From assembly GCA_013151355.1 (NCBI GenBank), contig JAADIL010000267.1:1-56368 (forward strand): a stretch of 56,368 nt of DNA. Direction: 5' to 3'. A program made the position numbers and the translations under genes. The notes below the pieces were generated by a model. That model was not told the DNA's origin. It saw only the letters and a program-made list of their open reading frames with translations, and ran no database searches. Source of the stretch: Gammaproteobacteria bacterium (GTDB taxonomy: Bacteria; Pseudomonadota; Gammaproteobacteria; SZUA-152). The first letter of the stretch is position 1, and every line of letters begins with the position of its first letter. This document shows, piece by piece, positions 1-8,677 of this stretch.

Positions 1-462
1 GACTTTGGGCCATTCAGGAAAACGGCACCTGGACTCGCTGGGCACCAGAATATTCGCGCTGGGATATTTACAGTGAAAACCGCAAGTTTATCTTTGCTGA
101 CCCGACAACAGGTCAGGCTTGTTATTATGTGGATCGAGATGGCAGTGTCCATTGGAGAAACGTCGATAAAAATGAAAACAGAAGTTTTCCTGGTATTAAA
201 GCAGCGATAATCAGCGTCGGTGGAGATGGAAGACTTTGGGCCATTCAGGAAAATGGTACCTGGACTCGCTGGGCACCAGAATATTCGCGCTGGGATATTT
301 ACAGCGAAAATCGCAAGTTTATTTTTGCTGACCCGACAACAGGCCAGGCCTGTTATTATGTGGACCCGGATGGTAGTGCCCATTGGCGAAATGTCGACAA
401 AAACAAAAATAAGAATTTTCCTGGAATCAGCGCTGCTCAACTCAGTGTGGGGGGGCAATCCA
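1..462. repeat. In-frame tandem repeat with a 231-bp (77-codon) period; two copies in the window, probably more upstream
   Basis: nt 1-231 align base-for-base with nt 232-462 (both start gactttgggccattcaggaaaa). Only scattered, mostly synonymous-looking substitutions separate the copies. Confidence 0.9.
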
Positions 463-1511
463 CAGATCAGGACATTACAGGCTTACCGCTAAATTCTTTA
501 GAGAACATCCCTGCCGAAGAAACCGGGCAGATCAGGCAAATCGCCGAGATTACCGTCAAGTTACTCGACAAACGTTATCCTGCTCCGTCGACGTGTCTGC
601 GTGGTGTGCATCCCAAGTCACATGGGTGTGTGAAAGCAGTATTTGAAGTGAATGCCGATATTGCCAGGGATCTCCAGATCGGGTTATTTGCCGATCCGTG
701 CAAAGTTTACGAGGCGTGGATACGATTTTCCAATGCTGTGGGTCGACTGGGTCCTGACGTCAAGGATGGAAAAAATCAGAGCCGTGGCCTGGCCATTAAA
801 GTGATGAATGTCGGAGGTAGTGTGTTACTCGATGATAACGGGGCGCACCATCAAGATTTTTTGATGATCACTGAACCGGCTTTTGCTTTTGCCAACGTAG
901 CGGATTATCTGCGACTCAACGAAATTATTTTGGAAAACAATGAAGATATAACGCCATTTTTTACACCTCCGGAGGATGCTACCACAGAAGAAAAACTGAG
1001 AATCCAACGGACTGGCCAACTCGCTGTGCAGACCACGCAGACACTGGTTGCTAATCCTTTTGACGTTCAATATTTTGGTGCAGCACCGTTTTTGTTCGGC
1101 CCGGATCGCGTGATGAAATTTTCAGTGCTGCCTTGCGAAGGTGAACAGACGCAAGTAGTTCCCGAGAATCCGTCGGATAATTATCTTCGTGAGGCGGTGA
1201 CGGAGACGATGCATCAAAATGCGGATGTGTGTTTTGATTTTATGGTTCAGGTGCGCGGCAAAGATGAAGAAGGCTTGAATATTGAAAATGCCTCTACGGT
1301 CTGGGATGAGCAGAAATTTCCCTTTATCAAAGTCGCAAAAATTACCATTCCGGCACCCCAAAAAGATATCGATTCTCCAGCCGCCATTGAGCATTGTGAA
1401 AAACTGAGTTATTCCCCGTGGCATTCTTTAGCGGAACACCAGCCGTTGGGAGGTATCAATCGTTTGCGAAAAGCTGTGTATATAGCATCTCAAACATGCC
1501 GGGAAAAATAA
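3..1511 (+). CDS. 5'-truncated protein: tectonin-like beta-propeller repeats fused to a catalase-related (mini-catalase / allene-oxide-synthase-like) haem domain
   Basis: The reading frame is open from the window edge, and the first in-window Met is at 129. The N-terminal part is built of 77-aa units (..SVGGDGRLWAIQENGTWTRW..). The C-terminal half has a catalase-type distal-His motif (LRGVHPKSHGC) and a proximal-Tyr motif (RLRKAVY). Confidence 0.75.
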   Translation, partial: LWAIQENGTWTRWAPEYSRWDIYSENRKFIFADPTTGQACYYVDRDGSVHWRNVDKNENRSFPGIKAAIISVGGDGRLWAIQENGTWTRWAPEYSRWDIYSENRKFIFADPTTGQACYYVDPDGSAHWRNVDKNKNKNFPGISAAQLSVGGQSTDQDITGLPLNSLENIPAEETGQIRQIAEITVKLLDKRYPAPSTCLRGVHPKSHGCVKAVFEVNADIARDLQIGLFADPCKVYEAWIRFSNAVGRLGPDVKDGKNQSRGLAIKVMNVGGSVLLDDNGAHHQDFLMITEPAFAFANVADYLRLNEIILENNEDITPFFTPPEDATTEEKLRIQRTGQLAVQTTQTLVANPFDVQYFGAAPFLFGPDRVMKFSVLPCEGEQTQVVPENPSDNYLREAVTETMHQNADVCFDFMVQVRGKDEEGLNIENASTVWDEQKFPFIKVAKITIPAPQKDIDSPAAIEHCEKLSYSPWHSLAEHQPLGGINRLRKAVYIASQTCREK

Positions 1512-1804
1512 GATACCGTATATTGCATAGCTCATAAAACAGTATACTGATACTTGGACTCTGTGCTTGTGTTTCGTGTAGCGAGATAACACTTTTCGGC
1601 TACACTTAACGTTGTCATTCGCTCTGCGAATCAATATCGTGCATTGTGCAAACACGATGATTTTCAGGGCTCAGGTAATACAGGATAAAAATGAAGTATA
1701 AAGCAGGTGTTCCAGGCGACAGTCAATTATCTGCTGCCTGGGCTGGCCTCCGAAGTATGTGGGTCAGTAGTGAAATTTTAATATATTAATCAAAGGATAG
1801 ATTT

Positions 1805-1888
1805 GTGAAAAAAATAATTTTGTTGCTTGGTGCAGCGGTTGTCATTGGTATATTCGCCATATTCTACATAAACAAAAAAGTCCTGTAG
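1805..1888 (+). other. Short ORF encoding a signal-anchor peptide; probably the displaced N-terminus of the downstream di-haem cytochrome
   Basis: A GTG at 1805 is preceded by AAGGA 7 nt upstream and encodes VKKIILLLGAAVVIGIFAIFYINKKVL*. It stops just after an A6 run (1874-1879). The downstream cytochrome frame is open from 1801. Confidence 0.5.
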
Positions 1889-1908
1889 AAACGCCTGTAG
1901 CAAGCTCT

Positions 1909-3534
1909 GTGGAAAGTCCTGTACCTGTAAAAAATCCTGTAGTGGCTGATTATGACGTAGCTTATCTGGATCAAAACTGGAGCGATGAGATCCGTAACGA
2001 ATGGTGGTACACCGGGCAAGGTTCCTGGTTGCTCCCCTATGACTGGTTTCGCGTGCTGGAACAAGCCGGCAGTGAGGAACGTTTGAGTTCCGATAAAAAT
2101 ATGGAACGCCTGGGTTTTATCTCTGGTTCAAAAAATAATAAATGGAATCCAGACAGTCTCCCTGTTGGATTTGTTAAGGAGGCCGATCCGAAATCGAAAG
2201 AAACGTATCTTGGTGTTACCTGTGCAGCCTGTCACACGAGTCAGGTTGAGTATCAAGGGAAGCGGTTTATTGTGGAAGGTGGACCAGCCCTCGCTGATTT
2301 TGATCGTTTCATCACAGAGATTGCGGAAGCATTGCAAGCGACACTGGATGATGATAACAAGTTCAAACGTTTGACTGATAATTACTTCGATGGTACCTAC
2401 AATCCGGCTAAGGCAAAGGAACTGAAAAACCAGATGGCAAAAGTATCTGCGGATTTCAATGCCCGGGTTGAACGCAATCGTCCTCCTCATCCGAATGGCT
2501 ATGGTCGACTTGATGCCTTTGGCAACATCTTCAACGAGGTAGTGGTGACTGCAATCAATGAGCCGGGTAACGTCAATGTAGTCAATGCTCCTGTGTCCTA
2601 TCCTGTGTTGTGGGATACACCACAACACGATGTTGTGCAGTGGAACGGGGCGGCTGTAAATGCAGGAATCGGACCTTATGTGCGTAATGCCGGTGAGGTG
2701 GTGGGTGTATTTGGCGGTGTGCATATTGAGAAGGCAGTTGATGGGTCGCCAGGGGAGTTACAGTATCGCCATCACATTAACCTTGAAAATCTGAAGCGTT
2801 TGGAAGATATACTGATCACCCTCTGGTCTCCGGTGTGGCCTGAAACCTTGTTGCCCGCTATTGACCAGGAGAAGGCCGAGCGAGGCAAGAGTTATTACGA
2901 CAAACTGTGTTTGAGCTGCCACGAAACTATTGACCGAAAGGACCCCGGTCGTCAGATCACGGCAAAGATTGTTCCACTGAAGGAAATCGGTACGGACCCG
3001 GTTATGGCGGAAAACAGTACCAGTGGCATATCCAGAACGGGGATTCTGGAAGGGCAGCCGAAGCTTCCGTTACCCGGTGTGCCTGCGTTTGGGCCGGAAG
3101 CCCCTTCGGGTGAACTGGTGGGCAATGTGATTGTCAACATCTTGTTTCAGGAATTGCCTAAAATGTTGGGACCGGATGCGTTTAAAAATGATCTGGGCGA
3201 GTTTCTTCAGGCAAAAAAGAAATACAGTACCGTCCCGCTGGGCTACAAGGCGCGACCTCTGAATGGTATTTGGGCCTCTGCTCCTTTCCTGCATAACGGC
3301 TCTGTAGCCAGTCTTTGGGAATTGTTGAAAAAACCTGATGAGCGTATGCGTCAGTTTTATGTTGGGAATAATGAACTGGATCCTGTTCATGTCGGGTTCA
3401 GTATTAGTGATGGACCACTCACCAGTAAATTTGATGCTGCTCTGACTGGTAACTCGAATCAAGGTCATGACTATGGCACCGATCTAAGCGATGCAAACAA
3501 ACTGGAATTGATTGAGTACATCAAAACGCTGTAA
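1909..3534 (+). CDS. RoxA-like / di-haem cytochrome c peroxidase-family protein (apparently frameshifted at its 5' end)
   Basis: It has two CXXCH haem-c motifs (GVTCAACHTS and KLCLSCHET). The N-terminal region is family-typical (YLDQNWSDEIRNEWWYTGQGSWLLPYDWFRVLEQ). The ORF as called has no signal peptide. Confidence 0.8.
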   Translation: MESPVPVKNPVVADYDVAYLDQNWSDEIRNEWWYTGQGSWLLPYDWFRVLEQAGSEERLSSDKNMERLGFISGSKNNKWNPDSLPVGFVKEADPKSKETYLGVTCAACHTSQVEYQGKRFIVEGGPALADFDRFITEIAEALQATLDDDNKFKRLTDNYFDGTYNPAKAKELKNQMAKVSADFNARVERNRPPHPNGYGRLDAFGNIFNEVVVTAINEPGNVNVVNAPVSYPVLWDTPQHDVVQWNGAAVNAGIGPYVRNAGEVVGVFGGVHIEKAVDGSPGELQYRHHINLENLKRLEDILITLWSPVWPETLLPAIDQEKAERGKSYYDKLCLSCHETIDRKDPGRQITAKIVPLKEIGTDPVMAENSTSGISRTGILEGQPKLPLPGVPAFGPEAPSGELVGNVIVNILFQELPKMLGPDAFKNDLGEFLQAKKKYSTVPLGYKARPLNGIWASAPFLHNGSVASLWELLKKPDERMRQFYVGNNELDPVHVGFSISDGPLTSKFDAALTGNSNQGHDYGTDLSDANKLELIEYIKTL

Positions 3535-3568
3535 CCCCGGGGGAACTGTACAAAGGAGATAAAGAACG

Positions 3569-4549
3569 ATGGGAAAAAATATCGTGGTTTGTTGCGATGG
3601 AACAGGCAATGAATACGGAGACAATAATACCAACGTTGTGAATATGTATGCTCGAATTATTCGTGATGCCGATCAAATGACTTACTATGACCCAGGTGTT
3701 GGGACCTTCAGTGTTTTGGGTCGCACCCTGGGAAAGAAAGTGGGTGTCATGTTGGGTAATGCTTTTGGCTACGGCCTGCAAGCAAACATCGAAGATGCTT
3801 ATGAATATCTTATGGATAAATATGAACCAGGGGACAAATTATTTCTGTTCGGTTTCAGTCGTGGAGCGTTCACGGTACGCGCCCTGGCCGGTATGCTCCA
3901 TAAGGTCGGACTTTTGCAAAAGGGTAGCAAGAACCTGATTCCCTATGCGAGTAAAATCTACAATACCCATGGTAATGACAGCATTGCCACGGGATTTAAA
4001 GCAACTTACAGTCATGACTGCAAACCTCACTTTATAGGGGTTTGGGATACAGTGGCCTCCCTTGGATGGTTTTATGGTAAACAGTTTTTCAATGCCAGGC
4101 TCAATCCTGATGTAGAAAATTCTTATCAGGCTATCGCCATTGATGAAAAGCGTAAAAAATTCCCTGTCAGTTTATGGGATGAAAGTAATCAGGTGTCAAA
4201 TCAAACGGTTGAGCAGGTCTGGTTTGCGGGAGTTCATTCTGACGTGGGAGGATCGTATGAACAGCGCGGTCTTTCCAACATTACTTTGATATGGATGTTG
4301 GCAGTTGCTGAAATTCACGGATTACGGCTTAACGAAGACTGGAAAGAACAGATGCATCCGGACCCCTTGGGCAAGTTACATAATTCGCGCACCGGTTTAT
4401 GGCGATTATGGCCGATGGCGACGCGAACGATACCAGAAGGTGCCAAAATCCATAAAAGCGTTCTGGTGCGAGAAAAAGCAATAGAGGGTTATACTCCTGT
4501 GCTCCCAAAGGACTACAAAGAAGTAGAAACACCGGTGGTTGCAGAGTAG
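3569..4549 (+). CDS. DUF2235-family alpha/beta hydrolase (Tle1-like phospholipase fold)
   Basis: The N-terminus is IVVCCDGTGNEY..TNVV, the nucleophile elbow is LFGFSRGAFTVRALAGM, and GVWDTVASLG is also present. An AAGGAGA Shine-Dalgarno sequence lies upstream. Confidence 0.85.
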   Translation: MGKNIVVCCDGTGNEYGDNNTNVVNMYARIIRDADQMTYYDPGVGTFSVLGRTLGKKVGVMLGNAFGYGLQANIEDAYEYLMDKYEPGDKLFLFGFSRGAFTVRALAGMLHKVGLLQKGSKNLIPYASKIYNTHGNDSIATGFKATYSHDCKPHFIGVWDTVASLGWFYGKQFFNARLNPDVENSYQAIAIDEKRKKFPVSLWDESNQVSNQTVEQVWFAGVHSDVGGSYEQRGLSNITLIWMLAVAEIHGLRLNEDWKEQMHPDPLGKLHNSRTGLWRLWPMATRTIPEGAKIHKSVLVREKAIEGYTPVLPKDYKEVETPVVAE

Positions 4550-4646
4550 TAGCAGATTCTGCAACCTGGATTGCGCTAAAACATCTGAAACTATCTGTTG
4601 GCACCGCTGGACAAGTGGATGACGCCGACTATGCAACAAACGGGAA

Positions 4647-4673
4647 GTCTGGGAGCCTGTCGGGCTCCCAGAC
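4647..4673. terminator. GC-rich hairpin between convergent genes (possible bidirectional terminator)
   Basis: An 11-bp perfect stem (gtctgggagcc / ggctcccagac) closes a 5-nt loop. The T-rich tracts on both sides are only moderate. Confidence 0.5.
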
Positions 4674-4807
4674 CTTGGCTTTTGTACCGATTGTGTGGGT
4701 AACTTTTCTGATTCGTAACGGTATCCGGCAAGGTTACGGTAGTCCTGTCGGTTAAATTCTTTGAGGATCTATTCCCCGTACGTTCCTTATTATTAATTTC
4801 CGGGAGA

Positions 4808-6076
4808 TTAAATCATTCCTGCAAAAGGCTGTACCTTTACCCATTCACCGGCCTTAATCGTTTCTTTTTCTGCGGGTAATTCAATAAAACAGTTTGCTTT
4901 TCCCATGGAGCTTAAAATCCCGGAGCCTTGCGCGCCAGTGGAACGTACTACTGTCTCGCCATTGGTATTGCTGATAATGCCACGCTGAAACTCCAGTCGG
5001 CCAATACGCTTCTTCAACGTTGTTTCACAACGTAAATACAGGTATTTCGGGGCGACATCGTCGATGCCCATCATGCGTAATAATGCGGGTTGCACAAACT
5101 GGTAAAAGGTGACCATGGCTGATACCGGGTTGCCCGGTAGACCAAAAAACTGACAATGACCCACACGGCCGAATGCCAGTGGGCGGCCAGGCTTCATGGC
5201 GATCTTCCAGAATCCGACTTCTCCCAGTTTCTCCAGCGTTTCTTTTACAAAGTCGGCCTCACCTACTGAAACGCCTCCCGTTGTCACCAATACATCCGCT
5301 TCGGTAGTTGCCCGTTGAAAGGCTTCTTCCACACGTTCACGTTGATCAGGAATAACACCCATATCAATAAAATCGACATCCAGGCGTCGCAACATGCCGT
5401 ACAAAGTATAGCGGTTGCTGTCATAAATTTGTCCATCTTTCAGGGATTGCCCAACGTTGCACAGTTCATCACCTGTTGAGAAGAAAATAACTTTTATTCG
5501 CTTGAAAACAGAAACTTCGGCGACTCCCATGGAGGCCAGCATTCCCAGGTCAGCCGGTGTCAAGCGTGTGCCGGGTTGAAAAACCACATCACCTCTGGCG
5601 AGGTCTTCTCCGGCCTGACGAACGTTTTGTTTGGCGTGATGCCCTGGAGAAATACTGATAGTTTTTTCAGTATCATTACGCTGCACATGCTCCTGCATTA
5701 TCACTGTGTCGGCCCCGGTTGGCATCTTCCCGCCCGTCATGATACGAGCACATTCTCCCGTGGCAATGTGAATACCCAGTGGCTTTCCCGCCATAATGGT
5801 ACCTGCAATGGCAAGTTTTTTTGTGCCGGTTGCGGGTATGTCGGTACCTGAAACAGCATAACCGTCCATGGCGGAGTTAGTGTGCGAAGGGACATCGATT
5901 ATAGACTTTATTGAGTCTGCCAATACGCGGTTTAGTGCTTCACGAATCGCTAAATGTTCGACATTGCCAGGCGGGTTTATTGATTCCAGTATTTTGTTGC
6001 GTGCTTGCTCAACCTGTAACGAATGGAGGGCAAGTTCATCGCAGCCGGGCAGGGGAGGGGAGTTTTTATCAGACAT
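4808..6076 (-). CDS. moeA: Molybdopterin molybdenumtransferase MoeA
   Basis: The full-length match to the MoeA family is typical (..SAMDGYAV.., ..TTGGVSVGEADF.., ..KPGRPLAFG..). It lies next to mobB and mobA. Confidence 0.9.
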   Translation of the reverse strand: MSDKNSPPLPGCDELALHSLQVEQARNKILESINPPGNVEHLAIREALNRVLADSIKSIIDVPSHTNSAMDGYAVSGTDIPATGTKKLAIAGTIMAGKPLGIHIATGECARIMTGGKMPTGADTVIMQEHVQRNDTEKTISISPGHHAKQNVRQAGEDLARGDVVFQPGTRLTPADLGMLASMGVAEVSVFKRIKVIFFSTGDELCNVGQSLKDGQIYDSNRYTLYGMLRRLDVDFIDMGVIPDQRERVEEAFQRATTEADVLVTTGGVSVGEADFVKETLEKLGEVGFWKIAMKPGRPLAFGRVGHCQFFGLPGNPVSAMVTFYQFVQPALLRMMGIDDVAPKYLYLRCETTLKKRIGRLEFQRGIISNTNGETVVRSTGAQGSGILSSMGKANCFIELPAEKETIKAGEWVKVQPFAGMI

Positions 6077-6105
6077 GGTGGTTCTCGGTATTTACGGTGA
6101 TATTT

Positions 6106-6654
6106 TTAACACAAGTTTAAGGAAAAGTGCTGAATAATGAATTGTGATATCTGCTTGATATCGTTGATGTCGAGAAGGGTTACACTGTCTTTTGTTGCAA
6201 GTGGTGTATCCGTTGCAACGGCAATAATATCAGGATCTGATAAAAACATGGGCTCCTGATCGCGTTTTGGGGAGTATGCCGCAGCACGGTAAACCTCAAT
6301 TTTTGGAAAGTGTTCAAATTTAAACCCTTCAATCAGGATAATGTCCAGGGTGGCCTGGTCCAGTGGTTTGAGCAGTGTGTTTAATGCCACCTCATGCTCC
6401 GGCTGTTCATTCTCACTGATCATCGCCCATCGGTGTTTTGATGCAATAAGAACTTGTGTGGCACCGGACATGCGTAATTCATAGCTGTCTTTACCGGGTT
6501 TATCAATCTCAAAATCATGGTGGGAATGTTTTATAGCGGCTACTTTAAAGCCCTCTGATTTTAGTCTGGTAATCAGTGCTTTTAATAATTGTGTCTTTCC
6601 CGTACCACTGGGCGCAACAAAACCGACAACAGGCACTGTGGCATTGCTTAACAT
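6106..6654 (-). CDS. mobB: Molybdopterin-guanine dinucleotide biosynthesis adapter MobB
   Basis: It has a P-loop (GFVAPSGTGKTQL), the size is typical of MobB, and it overlaps the 3' end of mobA. Confidence 0.85.
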   Translation of the reverse strand: MLSNATVPVVGFVAPSGTGKTQLLKALITRLKSEGFKVAAIKHSHHDFEIDKPGKDSYELRMSGATQVLIASKHRWAMISENEQPEHEVALNTLLKPLDQATLDIILIEGFKFEHFPKIEVYRAAAYSPKRDQEPMFLSDPDIIAVATDTPLATKDSVTLLDINDIKQISQFIIQHFSLNLC

Positions 6655-7271
6655 GTTTTTAACTTCCTCAGAAAGGATTCTGCACGGCGCAGATCATTTT
6701 TTGTATTAATATTTAAAAAATGTTCTGACTGGTCGGAGAAATCGACAATTTTGTGTGCGGATGAGGTAGCCCAGGTCTCAACTTTTCGTTGGCCGGTTGC
6801 AAGATATTGATTGAGTGATTCCAGCGAAGAAGGTGAAAAGAGAGCAAAAAGAGGTTGCAGGCGCGTACCATCATGTGGAATTACTGCTAAATAATCATTT
6901 TCGCGATATTTTTTCAATAAACGCGCAGCCAGTTGATCCGGAAACAGGGGAGCATCACACGGCACCACGAGCACCGGCATGTTTGGTGACATCTCCAGTG
7001 CGCGTTGTAATCCTGCCAGTGGGCCTTCGTGTTTGTTGGTGGCGGCATCTTGTAGAACGGGGAAAGAAAATTTTTGATATTGTGCAATATTGTGATTGGC
7101 GCTAATGAAAAGTTGACTCACCTGTGGCGAAAGGGCATTTATACAACGTTCGATCAGGCTTATACCTGCCAAAAGAATCAAGCCCTTATCCTGTCCGCCC
7201 ATGCGGCGGGCACGCCCTCCTGCCAGAATGAGTCCACTGATCCCGGCAGGTGTGTTGCGTTTATTCGTCAT
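6648..7271 (-). CDS. mobA: Molybdenum cofactor guanylyltransferase MobA
   Basis: LILAGGRARRMGG.DKGL is the MobA signature. The ORF opens at 7355, but Met codons at 7286 and 7271 fit the family N-terminus better. The start is therefore uncertain. Confidence 0.8.
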   Translation of the reverse strand: MTNKRNTPAGISGLILAGGRARRMGGQDKGLILLAGISLIERCINALSPQVSQLFISANHNIAQYQKFSFPVLQDAATNKHEGPLAGLQRALEMSPNMPVLVVPCDAPLFPDQLAARLLKKYRENDYLAVIPHDGTRLQPLFALFSPSSLESLNQYLATGQRKVETWATSSAHKIVDFSDQSEHFLNINTKNDLRRAESFLRKLKTC

Positions 7272-7779
7272 CGCTTTCTTTAGCATCGTAATACACCGCA
7301 ATAATGCAGAGTTCGGTATCCCCTTCGGGGGTGTTGACAACAATACAGTCATCAATGGTTTTTTTCATTAATGCCTGTGCAACGGGGGAGTCCATGCTGA
7401 TAAAACCACGTTGTGGATCGAACTCATCCGGGCCGACTATTCGATAGCGCAGTATTTCACCGTGCTGGTTTTCCAGCTCAACCCATGCGCCGAAAAAAAC
7501 TCGTGTTGTATCACCTGGTAACGTATCGACCACCGTAATGTTATCCAGCCGTTTGCGCAAGAAGCGTACCCGGTAGTCAATTTCCCGTAATTGTTTTTTA
7601 CCATAAATATATTCTGCATTTTCGGAACGGTCGCCCTGTGCAGCAGCCTCACGTACTGCTTGTGTTATCCGGGGTCGTTTATTTTTCCATAAATATGTTA
7701 ATTCATCATCAAGACGCCGAAACCCCTCGGGCGTGATATATTTGGAGCCGGGTTTTTGTGGAGGGCGGTATCTTCCCAT
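7261..7779 (-). CDS. greB: Transcript cleavage factor GreB
   Basis: It is colinear with GreB (YITPEGFRRLDDELTYLW..GDRSENAEY.YGKKQLREIDYRVRFL..VFFGAWVELEN). Confidence 0.9.
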   Translation of the reverse strand: MGRYRPPQKPGSKYITPEGFRRLDDELTYLWKNKRPRITQAVREAAAQGDRSENAEYIYGKKQLREIDYRVRFLRKRLDNITVVDTLPGDTTRVFFGAWVELENQHGEILRYRIVGPDEFDPQRGFISMDSPVAQALMKKTIDDCIVVNTPEGDTELCIIAVYYDAKESDDE

Positions 7780-7799
7780 TATTTTTCCTGGGTGGTAAA

Positions 7800-8045
7800 T
7801 TATTGCCCTAAATCTTCAGGTGTCACAGGGTCAAATGCATTTCCGAACAAGCTGTGCAGAACCAGTATTTTCTCTTTTCCTTTTTCATTTTTAATTTCCT
7901 TCCAGGGGACTATGTAAAGAACTTGAGGAAGCTCTTTATTTCCTTTAATAAACGTTGTTTTCAGTTCGACCGAATCGTCAGCGATAATATGGCCAGCCAT
8001 TGAGGTTAATACAGAAATGACAAGACCTGTTATTATGAATTTCAT
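7800..8045 (-). CDS. Small exported protein (81 aa), last gene of the TPR four-gene set
   Basis: It has an N-terminal signal-like segment (MKFIITGLVISVLTSMAGHIIA). Its start overlaps the stop of the upstream TPR gene (ATGA). Confidence 0.6.
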   Translation of the reverse strand: MKFIITGLVISVLTSMAGHIIADDSVELKTTFIKGNKELPQVLYIVPWKEIKNEKGKEKILVLHSLFGNAFDPVTPEDLGQ

Positions 8046-8677
8046 GTATCACCATGATTTATATTTAGTTTAAGTTCTTCCACCCAGTTTTCTGTTTCTT
8101 CATCTTCGTCATCTGATAATGACAGATATTTCTGATAGTGTTTAACAGCTTCTGCAATATTTTGTAAATACACATCGTAAAGCAGGGCAAGATTATAATG
8201 GGCCAGGGCATATCCTGGTTTTTTTGTTATCGCCTTTTCATAATAGCTCTTTGCTTTATTGATATTTCCATTTTTCTCTTCCATAAATCCGGCCATATTT
8301 AATGCCTGCGCCATTTCCGGATTTTTTTCGAGCGCTTTCCGTATATTTTCTTTGGCTTTTTTATAGTGTTCCTGTTTGATATATATCACAGCAAGATTCG
8401 CCCATGGACCGGCGAAATCGGGGTGTGTCCTGGTGACTTCCAGGAAATGTTTTTCGGCTATTTTAAAATTATTGTTATTAAGTTCAGTGAGGGCATCCTG
8501 ATAAAGCGTAACAAGATTTTCTATTGATGGTTTTTCAGCAGTATTTTTATTTATTGTGCCTTTTGTTTTGGTTTGTGAGTGAGTGGAGAGTGTTTCTGGT
8601 GGTCCTGTGGCACAGCCTGCCAGTAAAACTGTCAGCGCCAATAGTAAAAGGAAACTCCTAGTGTAATACATTGACAT
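8042..8677 (-). CDS. TPR-repeat lipoprotein (211 aa)
   Basis: It has a lipobox (LLAGC). TPR-like units are present (..AKSYYEKAITKKPGYALAHYNLALLY..). It overlaps the upstream gene by 20 nt. Confidence 0.8.
   Translation of the reverse strand: MSMYYTRSFLLLLALTVLLAGCATGPPETLSTHSQTKTKGTINKNTAEKPSIENLVTLYQDALTELNNNNFKIAEKHFLEVTRTHPDFAGPWANLAVIYIKQEHYKKAKENIRKALEKNPEMAQALNMAGFMEEKNGNINKAKSYYEKAITKKPGYALAHYNLALLYDVYLQNIAEAVKHYQKYLSLSDDEDEETENWVEELKLNINHGDT

Noticed and set aside
1691-1780. A 29-codon ORF with an AGGA upstream, in the gap before the cytochrome gene.
   Set aside because: It is too short, has no recognisable features, and conservation cannot be assessed from this window.
1871-1880. 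Programmed -1 ribosomal frameshift at the A-run upstream of the di-haem cytochrome.
   Set aside because: The zero-frame reading is AAC AAA AAA GTC, not the canonical A AAA AAG heptamer phasing. No obvious downstream stimulatory structure was found. A homopolymer indel is the simpler explanation.
3569-4549. The DUF2235 protein as a Tle1-type T6SS phospholipase effector of the neighbouring T6SS.
   Set aside because: It is only the 326-aa core fold, with no adjacent vgrG, PAAR, adaptor or immunity lipoprotein. moeA, mobBA, greB and the TPR genes separate it from the T6SS. It appears to be operonic with haem enzymes instead.
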